A stretch of DNA of 64,000 bases from Ignavibacteria bacterium (GCA_016844745.1 JAERMQ010000009.1:7184-71183); one strand, 5' to 3'. Positions 48,557 through 59,628 are shown, numbered from the stretch's first letter. The notes: generated by a model from the letters alone, not told the origin. Numbers and translations are program-made.

Positions 48557-48764
48557 GGTTTTAGAAGATAGAACATAGAAATAGAAGTAGAAGTAGGGTA
48601 AGGTTAATTTTTATTAGTACATTTTGCAATGAATACCATCATTTCATTAAAATATAAAATGGTGGTTATATGAAGCTAATATATAACAATACCAAAATAA
48701 ATATAATAAAAATCGACCTTACTCTACTTCTATGTTTTACTTCTAAGTTCTATGTTCTAAAACC
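48557..48764. repeat. Inverted pair of family H microsatellite elements filling the tRNA-Ile/tRNA-Ala spacer
   Basis: GGTTTTAGAA..TAGAAC..GTAAGGT (48557-48604) versus ACCTTAC..GTTCTAAAACC (48716-48764); third copy at 48838-48880. Confidence 0.8.
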
Positions 48765-48837
48765 GGGCCTATAGCTCAATTGGGAGAGCGCCAGATTTGC
48801 ATTCTGGAGGTTAGGAGTTCGAGCCTCCTTAGGTCCA
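48765..48837 (+). tRNA. tRNA-Ala(TGC)
   Basis: Acceptor GGGCCTA/TAGGTCC with G3:U70, anticodon arm CCAGA-TTTGCAT-TCTGG. Confidence 0.95.
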
Positions 48838-48944
48838 CGGGGTTATAGAAATAGAACATAGAAAAAGAAGTAGAAAAGGTTAATTTTTAATTAACCTTTT
48901 TTTATCATATACTTAAATTTTTGGTTGAGATACAAAAACTGAAT

Positions 48945-49487
48945 TTAACCCTCATCAATCAAATACAATAAATTATCTTCAACTATGTACAGAAGCGGAG
49001 CTACAGTTATTTTAGGATATTTTAACCTTAACCGGATTGCTTCGCTTAAAATAAAATCCATTTCATTCCCTATTTCGAACATCGGTTCATATTGTTGGAA
49101 ATGTTCTTCAGCATCAGTCCTCACCCATCCTGCTTTTTCGACCAATCCACTAATGAATTGTTCCTTCCGGGATTTTAAATTCACCATACCGCAATTGTTA
49201 TGCCCGATTAGTGCTATATGCATTATTCCACCGATTGCAATGGCATAAGATATTTTGAATTCGCTGTACCTCAAATTTGCTCCTCCCGTACGAATGATAA
49301 AAGCAAAATTATCGGGTATCCGAAGATGTTTCCTATTATCCATGCACATCCCTATTAGCATTTGCGCTTCGGTGCAGATATCGAATTGGTGGTGCAGATT
49401 GTGGTATTGAAGTAATTTACCGATTGGTGTTCCGCGGTATTTTTCAATTATATCATCATTATGTCTGATTGCTATAAGTCTATCCAT
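48945..49487 (-). CDS. Beta-class carbonic anhydrase
   Basis: CMDNR, RTGGAN, HNNCG zinc-ligand motifs. Confidence 0.88.
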   Translation of the reverse strand: MDRLIAIRHNDDIIEKYRGTPIGKLLQYHNLHHQFDICTEAQMLIGMCMDNRKHLRIPDNFAFIIRTGGANLRYSEFKISYAIAIGGIMHIALIGHNNCGMVNLKSRKEQFISGLVEKAGWVRTDAEEHFQQYEPMFEIGNEMDFILSEAIRLRLKYPKITVAPLLYIVEDNLLYLIDEG

Positions 49488-49607
49488 ATCAATTTCAATT
49501 TTTAAAATAACGTATCTGTTAAAAATACTAAAATAATTAATTATTTATCCGTCATAATTTATTTGTTTAACTTGTTGAAAATTGTTCTAAATTTTATAAA
49601 AAATAAT

Positions 49608-51728
49608 ATGAAAAATATTTACTTCTTTCTTATTACATTATTAATGCTTTCAGGCAGCATCAGACCGGCTTGCGCACAAAATCCCGAATGGCTATTATTC
49701 ACGACAACAAATTGCCCATTACCCTCGAATTATATTTATTCCGTTTGTGTTGATAACCAGGGAAATCGCTGGATTGGCACCGATAACGGTTTAGCGAAAT
49801 TCGACGGGAAGAATTGGACCATCTATACTAAAGAAACCGGTTCATTACCGGATAATTTTATTGAGCATATTTCTGCCGACAAAACGAATAATATCTGGGT
49901 TTCCACCGACAACGGGCTTGCAAGGTTCAACGGTACCTGGAAAATTTTCGACGAATCAAACTCCATGGTACCAAATTATTATGTTTATTGTACCGTTGCC
50001 GATAACCAAAATATTAAATGGGTTGGCACCGATACTTATGGGCTGCTCAAATACGATAATACTAATTGGTCCGTATATGATTGGCTCAATTCCGATTTGC
50101 CGGATTATACTATTTTTTCTATTGCAATTGATTCGAAAAATTCGAAATGGATAGGTACTCAAGCCGGACTTACGGTATTCGACGGTAATTCCACATGGAA
50201 TACTTATGACCAAACAAACAGTCAAATTCCAAGCGATGAAGTTAATTATGTCGCCATCGATAAATCCGACGTTAAATGGCTCGGTACGAGCAATGGCGCT
50301 GCCAGATTCGACGGAAAAGCATGGACTGTTTACAATACTACCAATTCCAATTTACCTAATGATTTTATCTGGTCAACAGCTATTGATAACACAAATAATA
50401 AATGGTTTTGTACCGATTCCGGTTTGGCTAAATTTGATGGAACTACCTGGACAGTATTTACAACAGCCAATTCCGGTATGATGGATAACGTCATTCATAA
50501 CATAGCTTTTGATTCACAGGGCAATAAATGGATAGCAACCGAAACCGGATTGGCTGTTTACCGGGAGGGAGGAGTTGTTGGTATTGATAATCCTGATATT
50601 ACAGTTCAAACACCCCAGAACCTGACTCTTACCGTTAATTCTGATAACCTGTCCCTTTCATGGAAAGCCGTTCCAACGTTAGGTATAACATACAGGGTTT
50701 ACAGGAGCCAGACATCCGGTTCGAATTATACTCTAATCCGGGATACACTCAAAGCAACGATGTACAACGATTTAATCGTTCAAAAAGGAACAACCTATTA
50801 TTATGTCGTTAAGGCTTATGATGTTTCTGTTAAAAAAGAAAGTTCAGCGTCAAATGAAGTAAGCGGGAAAATAGAACAGCCGCCAAATCCACCATTAAAT
50901 TTGCGAAAAATTACCGATTCCCTGATTATTTCATTAGCATGGGATGCAAGTTCAACACCGTCGGTTGTTTACAGGATTTACAGAAGTGAGACTAAGGGAA
51001 ATAATTACAAACGCATAAAAGATAGTATTTCTTCTTTGTTCTTTATCGACAATTCTGCAAAAGAAGGAATTACATATTATTATTTTGTAGTATCATATCT
51101 TCCTGCAAAGCAAATACAAAGCATTCCTTCTAACGAAGTATCAGCCAATTTACGCATGCCTCCTTTATCACCGGATGCACCTAAAAATTTGCGGTTAATA
51201 AACGATACAACATATATAGAACTTGCCTGGGATGAATACCAAATGCAAAATATTGTTTATAGACTTTATAGAAGCGAAACTAAAGGTTCGGGATATGTAT
51301 TAATCAAGAATGCTATTACAGCTACATCATTTACCGATAGCAGCATAAAAAAAGGAATTATATACTATTATGTCGTTAAATCCTATAATACATTAACAAA
51401 ACTCGAAAGCACTGCTTCGAATGAAGTAACAGCTTCAATAAAAACTGCCGGCATAGATGATTACTCAATTAGGGAATGTTATCAAATATATTTAAATCAG
51501 TCAAACCTAACTTTGGAATTAAAATCGTGTTTTAAACTTCATGGCAATATTACGTTAACTCTTTTTGATTTGCTTGGTAATATAGTACTCAAAAAATCGT
51601 TATTCGTAGCTCAACCGGAGAATGTTAGCTTTTCCGAAATTATTAGCTGTACATCAATTGGAATGTATTTTTATTTGATTACCGGAGGTTCGGAAATAAT
51701 TTCCGGAAATGTTTCATATCTGAATTAA
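49608..51728 (+). CDS. Secreted two-component-regulator-propeller repeat protein with three FN3 domains and T9SS-like CTD
   Basis: Repeats of D..G.KWIGT..GL.KFDG..W..Y...NS.LP; three Y.VYRS..G..Y...YYYVV..S..SNEV FN3 units; FDLLG..GMYFY. Confidence 0.85.
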   Translation: MKNIYFFLITLLMLSGSIRPACAQNPEWLLFTTTNCPLPSNYIYSVCVDNQGNRWIGTDNGLAKFDGKNWTIYTKETGSLPDNFIEHISADKTNNIWVSTDNGLARFNGTWKIFDESNSMVPNYYVYCTVADNQNIKWVGTDTYGLLKYDNTNWSVYDWLNSDLPDYTIFSIAIDSKNSKWIGTQAGLTVFDGNSTWNTYDQTNSQIPSDEVNYVAIDKSDVKWLGTSNGAARFDGKAWTVYNTTNSNLPNDFIWSTAIDNTNNKWFCTDSGLAKFDGTTWTVFTTANSGMMDNVIHNIAFDSQGNKWIATETGLAVYREGGVVGIDNPDITVQTPQNLTLTVNSDNLSLSWKAVPTLGITYRVYRSQTSGSNYTLIRDTLKATMYNDLIVQKGTTYYYVVKAYDVSVKKESSASNEVSGKIEQPPNPPLNLRKITDSLIISLAWDASSTPSVVYRIYRSETKGNNYKRIKDSISSLFFIDNSAKEGITYYYFVVSYLPAKQIQSIPSNEVSANLRMPPLSPDAPKNLRLINDTTYIELAWDEYQMQNIVYRLYRSETKGSGYVLIKNAITATSFTDSSIKKGIIYYYVVKSYNTLTKLESTASNEVTASIKTAGIDDYSIRECYQIYLNQSNLTLELKSCFKLHGNITLTLFDLLGNIVLKKSLFVAQPENVSFSEIISCTSIGMYFYLITGGSEIISGNVSYLN

Positions 51729-51816
51729 AGAATTTCATTGAATTTCAGTTTCATTTTGTTATATTACAATATTAAGAAAATGAAATATAAGTTCTTTATT
51801 TTGGAAAGTTAATGAT

Positions 51817-52824
51817 ATGAAGCATCGCTACCAATCTTATCAAAATGATGAAGATGTTACCGGAATTAATGAAATAGCTTATGCATTCCAAAAAAGCAAG
51901 GTGTTGCTCACTGCATGTGAGCTTGGTATATTCAATATAATAGGAGATTCAGAGAAATCCTTCAAAGAAGTTGCAAACGAAATCGAAGCTGATGAAAGGG
52001 CAACCGACCGTCTTTTGAATGCTTTATGCTCATTGTCATACCTGAACAAACAAAATAACAGATTCTCAAATACACTCATTACCAAGCGATTCTTCGTAAA
52101 AGGTTCGCAGGATTACTCCGGCGCTATGATTCACATGCTTCATCTATGGGACCGTTGGGGAACCCTTACGGAAGCAATTAAACTTGGAACCTCAGTTAAA
52201 TACGATGATATTAGCGAAAAATCCGAAGAATGGATTGATTCCTATCTAACTTCGATGCATTGGAATGCAAAACTTCACGCTGCAGAACTTATCGAATATA
52301 TTAATTTAAATGAAGTAAACAGGGCTTTGGATCTTGGCTGCGGCTCAGGAGTTTATGGGATTGAATTTGTTCGTGCAAAGCACGACATTTCCGTTACTTG
52401 CTTCGACCTGCCTGAAATCGTTCCGATTACACAAAGGTATGTTGATGAATCCGGTTTTAGTTCATCAATTAAAGTAGTTGGTGGAGATTTCTTCAAGGAT
52501 GATATCGGAAAAGAATATGACCTTGTATTCCTTTCGAATGTATTACAGAATTATACCATTTGGGAAAGCCTTGACTTGCTCAAGCATATGTATAGCAGTT
52601 TAAGAATTGGCGGGCGATTGGTTGTTCATGAAAGAGTTTCCGAAGAAGATAGAATTCATCCGACTGAAAACGCTTTATTTTCATTAAACTTGCTTGTTAA
52701 TACCAAAGCAGGCGATACTATGACAGCAACGGATATTTGGATTATCATGAAAGAATCCTGGTTTGCTGATATCGAACGCATTGATACATCCTTCAACTCT
52801 TCTGTAATTATCGGAAAGAAGTAG
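51817..52824 (+). CDS. SAM-dependent O-methyltransferase (family 2, dimerisation domain)
   Basis: AFQKSKVLLTACELGIF, LDLGCGSG, FDLP, GDFF, LSNVL. Confidence 0.88.
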   Translation: MKHRYQSYQNDEDVTGINEIAYAFQKSKVLLTACELGIFNIIGDSEKSFKEVANEIEADERATDRLLNALCSLSYLNKQNNRFSNTLITKRFFVKGSQDYSGAMIHMLHLWDRWGTLTEAIKLGTSVKYDDISEKSEEWIDSYLTSMHWNAKLHAAELIEYINLNEVNRALDLGCGSGVYGIEFVRAKHDISVTCFDLPEIVPITQRYVDESGFSSSIKVVGGDFFKDDIGKEYDLVFLSNVLQNYTIWESLDLLKHMYSSLRIGGRLVVHERVSEEDRIHPTENALFSLNLLVNTKAGDTMTATDIWIIMKESWFADIERIDTSFNSSVIIGKK

Positions 52825-52829
52825 TATTT

Positions 52830-52885
52830 AATACCAAGTTGCGTTCAAACAGACATTCTTGTCTGTTTGAACGCAACTTGGTATA
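52830..52885. terminator. Long perfect inverted repeat between convergent genes (bidirectional terminator or REP)
   Basis: ATACCAAGTTGCGTTCAAACAGACA-TTCT-TGTCTGTTTGAACGCAACTTGGTAT. Confidence 0.75.
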
Positions 52886-52891
52886 ATACTA

Positions 52892-54148
52892 TCAAATAAC
52901 ATCAAACTTGCAGTAAGGGCGCAATACCTCCGGTACAATGACTTTACCACCGGAATAATAATTCTCTAAAATTGCCACCATAATGCGGGATGTTGCCAAA
53001 CCGCTTCCATTCAAAGTATGGACGAATTCCGGCTTTGACTGTGGATTCCTTTTAAACCTGATATTAGCTCGTCGTGCCTGAAAATCTTCGAAATTCGAGC
53101 AGCTTGATACCTCCAGCCATAATTGTTCTCCCGGAGACCATACTTCCAGATCATAAGTCTTGGCGCTTGAAAAACTTGTATCCCCACTGCATAGCAATAT
53201 AGTTCTGAATGGTAATTCAAGCATTTTTAAAATATCTTCGGCGTCCCGTGTTAATGACTCAAGCTCATCATAAGAATTTTCAGGTGTGGAAAGTTTGACC
53301 ATTTCAACTTTATTGAATTGATGAACCCGCAAGAAACCGTGAACGTCCTTGCCATGGCTTCCGGCTTCCCGCCTGAAACAAGGTGAATAGCCGCATACTT
53401 TAACCGGAAAGTCTTCAAATTTTATCATATCCCCTGCAAAGTAATTTGTCAATGGAACCTCAGCAGTTGGTATAAGATACATATCATCTTCGGGAGCATG
53501 GTACATATCTTCTTTCATTTTTGGTAATTGCCCGGTACCCCTCATTGAAGCAGCATTAACAATAAAAGGGGGCATAAGCTCGGTGTAGCCGTGTTTGCTT
53601 AAATGGGTCTCTATCATGAAATTAATTAATGCACGCTCGAGGGCGGCTCCTTTTCCAACGTAAAAGGCAAATCCTGAACCGCTAACCTTAGCTCCTCTTT
53701 CAAAATCGAGAATATTGAGCGATTTCGAAATATCAAGATGATTCAAATCAACCTTATCTTTAAGAGTTCCCCAATTCCGTACAGTTGCGTTTTCCTGCGG
53801 TCCTTTGCCTATTGGAACCGAAGAATGAACCATATTTGGTATTCTAAGCAGCAACTCGTTTTGTTCTGTTTCTATTTGCCGTAAATCTTCATCTAATAAT
53901 TTAATTTTATCGGATACCTGGCGCATGGCTTCTATTTGAGCATCTGCATTCTCTTTGGCTTTTTTCATTTTAGCAATTTCATCGGAGACGACATTGCGCT
54001 GATTTTTTAGTTGTTCTACTTCGCCGATAATGCTGCGGCGTCGTCCGTCAAATTCAAGAATAAGGTCAATCGAGCCTGATTCGTTTTTGCTGTTAATATT
54101 TTCCCTTACGGCATCGGTATTTTCGCGAATAAATTTTAGGTCAAGCAT
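52892..54148 (-). CDS. serS: Serine--tRNA ligase
   Basis: MLDLKFIR, GTGQLPK, LIPTAEVP, CFRREAG, RVHQFNKVE, HTLNGSGLA. Confidence 0.98.
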   Translation of the reverse strand: MLDLKFIRENTDAVRENINSKNESGSIDLILEFDGRRRSIIGEVEQLKNQRNVVSDEIAKMKKAKENADAQIEAMRQVSDKIKLLDEDLRQIETEQNELLLRIPNMVHSSVPIGKGPQENATVRNWGTLKDKVDLNHLDISKSLNILDFERGAKVSGSGFAFYVGKGAALERALINFMIETHLSKHGYTELMPPFIVNAASMRGTGQLPKMKEDMYHAPEDDMYLIPTAEVPLTNYFAGDMIKFEDFPVKVCGYSPCFRREAGSHGKDVHGFLRVHQFNKVEMVKLSTPENSYDELESLTRDAEDILKMLELPFRTILLCSGDTSFSSAKTYDLEVWSPGEQLWLEVSSCSNFEDFQARRANIRFKRNPQSKPEFVHTLNGSGLATSRIMVAILENYYSGGKVIVPEVLRPYCKFDVI

Positions 54149-54243
54149 AAATTTTCATAGTTAATAAATAAATATTTACAAAATTAATCAATAGCTGTAA
54201 GAGCAGCAAAGAATAAGACAAAGTTTTATTCTTTGAACGACAC

Positions 54244-54271
54244 AAAAAAGAGGGACATCTGCCCCTCTTTT
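54244..54271 (-). terminator. Intrinsic terminator after porV
   Basis: AAAAGAGGG..CCCTCTTTT stem with T run on the minus strand. Confidence 0.7.
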
Positions 54272-54294
54272 AAAAGAATAAACTTTTCGATTTT

Positions 54295-55446
54295 TTATTG
54301 GAAGTCAACCAGCATTGAAAATCTCATTGTATTAGCCAATGGATGGTTTGTTTCAATAGTATTGATAAAGCTGAAGTCCAAACGGAATATACTGTAACGT
54401 ACACCTGCACCGAAATTATAATACTTCCTGCCCCCTAAAGCATCCGGTTCCGTAAAATAACCGAATCGTCCGGCAACTACTTTTTCGTACCAATATTCCA
54501 AACCGAAAGCAAATTCGGCGCCTGGATTTTCCCAGCCTGAGACTAATGATTTGGGAAGTGCGTCCGAGCTGCCGTCTATGTTTCTTTTTATAAGAAGTTT
54601 GGACATATCTCCTGCTATTTTTAAATCATTAAATTCATCTTCGAAAATCTTAAATGCCAATCCCAAACGTAACGTAGTTGGTAATGGGTCGGACATACTG
54701 CGATAAGTCATTTTGGGTCCGACATTCTGCAGGTTCAAACCAACAGAAAATATATCCCCGCATTCAACACCGAATACATCGAGTTGTTTGGGTTTCCATA
54801 GTAATCCGAGGTCGAATGAACCGCTTTGTCCTGTACCGGCTGTTGTTTGTCCCTGAGCGGCTGGAGCAAGATTCGAACGTATATATTTTAATTGAAACCC
54901 TACGCCGAAATCAGTTGCAACAATAGCACCGTAAGATATTCCTAATGCGAATTCATTGGAAATAAACTTGCCAAGCTGCCTTCCATCAACCGCTGTTCTT
55001 ATGAACTCACCAAGATGCATAAAAATAAAATTGCATGCTACGGTTCCATCTAATTCTTCAAAGTATCTGCCAACGTTTATATAACTGTAATACAGGTCTG
55101 CATTGAATTGCGGCAGCCATGGACTATAAGCAATTGACGATTGAAAATATGGTGGCGGCTCCTCATCACTGCCCGCAGTGGTCGGCAACTCGTAATATTG
55201 AAGAAATCCAAGACCACCCGGATTCCAATAAATAGCATTGATATCATCGGCAATTGCCGTACCAACTTCACCCATGCCACTTGCCCTGGCATCAGGCGAG
55301 ATTCTTAAGAAAGGTACTGCGGTACCGCCTCCCTGAGCTTTTAAATCGGGCATTACAGCTAAAAAAATACTTGTTGCAAAAGCAATAATTATTAATTTGC
55401 GGCTTATTTTCATTAGTTTCAAACTCCCAGACAAAAATTGTCTCAT
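54295..55446 (-). CDS. porV: T9SS outer membrane protein PorV
   Basis: TAVPFLRISPDARASGMG, YWNP, YSPWL, YIRSNL, LPTTLRLG, GRKY, PLANTMRFS; follows porU. Confidence 0.92.
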   Translation of the reverse strand: MRQFLSGSLKLMKISRKLIIIAFATSIFLAVMPDLKAQGGGTAVPFLRISPDARASGMGEVGTAIADDINAIYWNPGGLGFLQYYELPTTAGSDEEPPPYFQSSIAYSPWLPQFNADLYYSYINVGRYFEELDGTVACNFIFMHLGEFIRTAVDGRQLGKFISNEFALGISYGAIVATDFGVGFQLKYIRSNLAPAAQGQTTAGTGQSGSFDLGLLWKPKQLDVFGVECGDIFSVGLNLQNVGPKMTYRSMSDPLPTTLRLGLAFKIFEDEFNDLKIAGDMSKLLIKRNIDGSSDALPKSLVSGWENPGAEFAFGLEYWYEKVVAGRFGYFTEPDALGGRKYYNFGAGVRYSIFRLDFSFINTIETNHPLANTMRFSMLVDFQ

Positions 55447-55623
55447 AATATTATTAATTAACGTGTTATTCTTTTTTTTATTTCTTACTTTAAGCTGTTT
55501 CTACCTTATTTCATAACATTTTCATCAAATTTTCTAATTCTTAAGCAATTTTCTTACCAATTTTTTCATTTTTTTACATCTGTTCTATTCAGGTCTTCTT
55601 TTATTTTGTATTCAATCTCAATC

Positions 55624-58600
55624 TTACTTCACAATTGATAAAATTCCCGGTTTGGAACCAGAATTTCCTTTAGACCCGTAAATAGTCAGGTTGAAATAAT
55701 AGATGCCTTGAGACAAGGGAATCAATATACCTTCCGAAGAAATATCAGATTGATAAGGTGTATTTACAGTTTGCCTGATTTGCCCGACTTTATCTCCAAG
55801 AGCAGAATAAATATCGATTTGGGCATTAAAAGGAGGAGAAACATTATGCTCGAATCTGAAAGTTGTAATATCAGCAGCAGGATTCGGGAAGCAAATCAGG
55901 TTATTAATTACTATTCCGTCTTCTTCCGGCTGAATATTGAAATAAGTTGTTTCTTCTGAAAAATTATTGAACACGTCCCATGCCCTTACTTTAATTGCGT
56001 GCAATCCTGAACCCAGTCCGTAAATATAATCGACGACCGAACCGCCCTTAGGATTGACCAAAGAAGTCTCGAATTTATCTGTTAAATCAATTGACTCTGA
56101 ATTATCATCAACCCAGGCTTCTATTTTATGTCCGATGCCTCTTCCTGTAGTATTGATCCCGCTTTCATCCTCCAAATCGACTATTAATAGGGGGTTTTTA
56201 CGAACAGTCGAATAGGGCAAAAACTTTCGTGAATCTAAATATAGTGATATTTTGGGACCATTATTATCAGGATTAATCCCGGAAACCAAACCTTGAATAA
56301 CAAAATTCCGATAGCTTCCCTTAGCAAAGCGGGAATCGTCCGAATATCCGTAAGACATGAACCTGCCTGTATTGGCGCTATAAGAAATATCCTTCGGTAT
56401 GATAAACCTGGCTGAGAATTTCCCATTTTGAATCTTATAAAAGCTTCTGTTTAATGCGCTGCCAAATTTCTCAATATGTGCAAGAGTGCCGTCATAATCA
56501 TCTTTGGCTATCAATTGCACATCACCGTCAAGCATAGCAGTTATAGCAACGCCGTTAAAACTTTCGTCAACAGCTTTTCCATTTATCTTCAAAACAGCCC
56601 CCGAAATATTAATATTTTGAAGAGCTTTGAATTTGACCGTGTCGGGAAGGTCTTTCAATGCAATACCATCAATAGAATCGATGACTATTTTTTGAGTTGG
56701 TATGATAAGTCTCATCGAAGGGTCGCCGAGAAGATAGAACTTCTGGTCATTAACGCTTGAATTTTGTTGTTTGGTTTGAAATAAAGCTTCACCTATTGTA
56801 GGATATTGACCGGTGAGACTATCCTGCCTGAATAGCATTTCTATATATAGCTTGTTTATTGCAAAATTCTCTGAGGCAAATACTGAACGAGAAGCAGAAA
56901 ATACACCAATAGAGCCGCCAATTGGGCTTAGGAAGAGCTTTTCAGCACCGCTTTGAACCTCCGGTTTGTCGAATCTGCCGAAATCGCATGTAGCCGCACA
57001 TGTAAAGAATAATTTATCGTAATTAACCATTAAAGGAATTGTATTATCCCTTTCGAGAAGTTCTTCATGAGCCCAAACTCTCGGATTTCCATGACCTATC
57101 CAATTCAGGAATAATGTACCGGAGTTATTGATTTTATTCAGCATTTCTTTCTGAGCAGTTGACTTCCGTCTGCCTCCAGGTATGTTGTCGGTCTTATACT
57201 CAACAAGATATATTTTATTTTGCTGAAAATAATCGGGTAACAATCCGGCAAGGGCTTCGGATTGATTACTAAAGGTATCATTATTGTCTTGGTCTCCCCC
57301 AAAGCTGTCGTCGGCAAGAAAGGTAATACTGGTTCTCCAATTATCTTTAGATGAAGATTCTTCGTAATGCTTTATTTTTTCAAGAACGGTAGTGCCGTTA
57401 TTATTCGATGAAACGGGAATTCTTCCGATAACCATATCGGGGAGGGCATCCCAATCTCCGCCTGCCAGCCGGACAAAGTAGTCATCACAAGGATAAGAAC
57501 CCAGGTTATCAAATGAAGTCGTCTCTATAGTTTCGTAGGGAGGTATATGGTTCTTTGAATTAGTAGTAATGTTTTTATAATCATAATGACCACTACCCCA
57601 AAGGATGACAAATTCAGGTGATTTTTTCCAATGGTTTATGGTATATGATAAAAAATCACGTATTGCAGTTGGGTCTTGTATTCCACCGGCAAATTCATTA
57701 TAAATATGTTCCGTTGAAATAACATAACCCTTTAAGCCATTGTGTTTGGAACGGTAATTTTTGTAATTCTCTGCCGATTCGAGTAAATAGGGCGAAGAAA
57801 TGATAACAAAGTCGCAATCTGTCGTATCGTTTCTCAAATAACCAAAACCGGTTTTTTCAATTGAAGGTTTCAGGAAAACCGACGATACAAAAAATCTTTC
57901 GGGTTTTTCTTTTAGTAATTCTTTGCGAATAATGTACATCCCGCCTGTAGAGGCGCAATTGGTTAGAAGAATGGGATTGGACTTGTCCGTTACATCGAAT
58001 CCTAATATTTCGCTGCCGCCGAAAGAATTGATAGTAATTTCCGTTGGTCCGTTCCAAGAAGTATCCGAGAAAAATGAAATTGTATCGTTAATCGGAACCA
58101 AGCTTCTGGAATATTGGATTTCATAATAATCAAAAAAAGAAGTAGCGGCATTTCCCTTAGGATTAGTATATTCGAATCGAAGCATGCAAAGATTATCCTG
58201 CGAAATTTTTGATGCAGGCATATATGCTGTACTTTCAACACAATAAGCATCATCTGATGTGCCTGGAATACTAATTGTTGTTATCAGGAAATCCTTTTCG
58301 AAAACTTTAAATTCGCCCTGAGAATCTGACCTGTGAGCCAAGGAAAAACGGAATAATATATCGTTATTTCTATCAAGATTAGGAAGTGTAATGGTTGACA
58401 TAGTGGTTGGATTTTGTCGACCGAACCATGTTCTTCCCGAACCGATAATATAAGGATTATTTAACTCTTCCTCAAAAAATATTCGCTCAATATAATTAAC
58501 AGGCTTAATAAAAGAATTAGCGGTTGCCGGTTGTTGAGGGATTGCTCTCCTGCCATCCCGGCCACCCCAAGTAAGCAGGTAAGAATTTTTTGTGCTGTAA

Positions 58601-59628
58601 TGATTAATATAATGCTTGAAATCGTTCCCTTTTACATTGAATCCACAGGCAGCGCTGCCGTAAAAAATTATTGACTCGAGTTCACCGGAGGAGTTTTTTC
58701 TAACGATAACCGGGATTTCATTTAAGTTATTATTTTTACCATTCGTTTGATTCTCGCTAAGTTCTTTACCACCATATCCGAATACTTTAATAGTCTGTAT
58801 ATCATTCGCCGGAATATTAGCGCCTGCTTCCCTGAGGGTTCGGGCATCGAGTTTAATTATCCCTTCGTTTTCAACAGATAATTTAAACCAGTTACCAGAA
58901 CTTATTTTATCATCAGAAAGTATCTCATTCTTATTGATTTTATCTGCTTTCATTCCGGCAGGAATTGACCAATACTTTGCCATAGCAGGATTCAATACAT
59001 TCGATGCAAGGAATCCTTTGTTGATAGGTTGTGAAAGCGAACTCTTGAGTCTATTTTGAAATGTGATTTTCACAACTACTCGCTTAGGGATTTCAATTTG
59101 ATTGGTATTGGGATTATAGGTGGCAGCCCTGAATGAGAGTCTTGCCAAATGGTGTTCTCGTGACAATCCTAAGTAATTTATATAGGCTTTTTCTGAGAAA
59201 TAGTTCTTAGAATATGCTTCATTATTGATATAATAGGTTTTGATTTCATTTAAATCGGTGAGCTTGATTTTAGGTATTGGTGCTAACAAATAATTATAGG
59301 TTTGGTTACCATCGGTTAAAATACTATGAATCCGGAAACCATCGGATGAAGGAACAACGAAATTTGCTGAATAAACCAAATCGGATGGGAAACCGGGATT
59401 TGAATATTCAGGCGACGTTCCTTCAATTATAGGCAGGTATGTTTTTCTACCGTTTTCCAAAGTAATTTCTTTGAATCCGGACTGAACAGGTGTATATGCG
59501 ACAATTAGTTCCGAGGAATTGGATTGGAGAATTTCCACACCGGAAGTTTTATTATTTTCTGCATTACAAAAATTAATAATAATCAGAAATAACAAAACCT
59601 GCAATAATTTTTTATTCAATAACTGCAT
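55624..59628 (-). CDS. porU: T9SS sortase PorU (peptidase C25)
   Basis: WFKLSV..EGI, IYNEFAGG..D.TAIRDF, IGRIP, WIGHGN and ATCDFGRFD catalytic His/Cys, LLGDP, AWDVFNN, CTD. Confidence 0.93.
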   Translation of the reverse strand: MQLLNKKLLQVLLFLIIINFCNAENNKTSGVEILQSNSSELIVAYTPVQSGFKEITLENGRKTYLPIIEGTSPEYSNPGFPSDLVYSANFVVPSSDGFRIHSILTDGNQTYNYLLAPIPKIKLTDLNEIKTYYINNEAYSKNYFSEKAYINYLGLSREHHLARLSFRAATYNPNTNQIEIPKRVVVKITFQNRLKSSLSQPINKGFLASNVLNPAMAKYWSIPAGMKADKINKNEILSDDKISSGNWFKLSVENEGIIKLDARTLREAGANIPANDIQTIKVFGYGGKELSENQTNGKNNNLNEIPVIVRKNSSGELESIIFYGSAACGFNVKGNDFKHYINHYSTKNSYLLTWGGRDGRRAIPQQPATANSFIKPVNYIERIFFEEELNNPYIIGSGRTWFGRQNPTTMSTITLPNLDRNNDILFRFSLAHRSDSQGEFKVFEKDFLITTISIPGTSDDAYCVESTAYMPASKISQDNLCMLRFEYTNPKGNAATSFFDYYEIQYSRSLVPINDTISFFSDTSWNGPTEITINSFGGSEILGFDVTDKSNPILLTNCASTGGMYIIRKELLKEKPERFFVSSVFLKPSIEKTGFGYLRNDTTDCDFVIISSPYLLESAENYKNYRSKHNGLKGYVISTEHIYNEFAGGIQDPTAIRDFLSYTINHWKKSPEFVILWGSGHYDYKNITTNSKNHIPPYETIETTSFDNLGSYPCDDYFVRLAGGDWDALPDMVIGRIPVSSNNNGTTVLEKIKHYEESSSKDNWRTSITFLADDSFGGDQDNNDTFSNQSEALAGLLPDYFQQNKIYLVEYKTDNIPGGRRKSTAQKEMLNKINNSGTLFLNWIGHGNPRVWAHEELLERDNTIPLMVNYDKLFFTCAATCDFGRFDKPEVQSGAEKLFLSPIGGSIGVFSASRSVFASENFAINKLYIEMLFRQDSLTGQYPTIGEALFQTKQQNSSVNDQKFYLLGDPSMRLIIPTQKIVIDSIDGIALKDLPDTVKFKALQNINISGAVLKINGKAVDESFNGVAITAMLDGDVQLIAKDDYDGTLAHIEKFGSALNRSFYKIQNGKFSARFIIPKDISYSANTGRFMSYGYSDDSRFAKGSYRNFVIQGLVSGINPDNNGPKISLYLDSRKFLPYSTVRKNPLLIVDLEDESGINTTGRGIGHKIEAWVDDNSESIDLTDKFETSLVNPKGGSVVDYIYGLGSGLHAIKVRAWDVFNNFSEETTYFNIQPEEDGIVINNLICFPNPAADITTFRFEHNVSPPFNAQIDIYSALGDKVGQIRQTVNTPYQSDISSEGILIPLSQGIYYFNLTIYGSKGNSGSKPGILSIVK

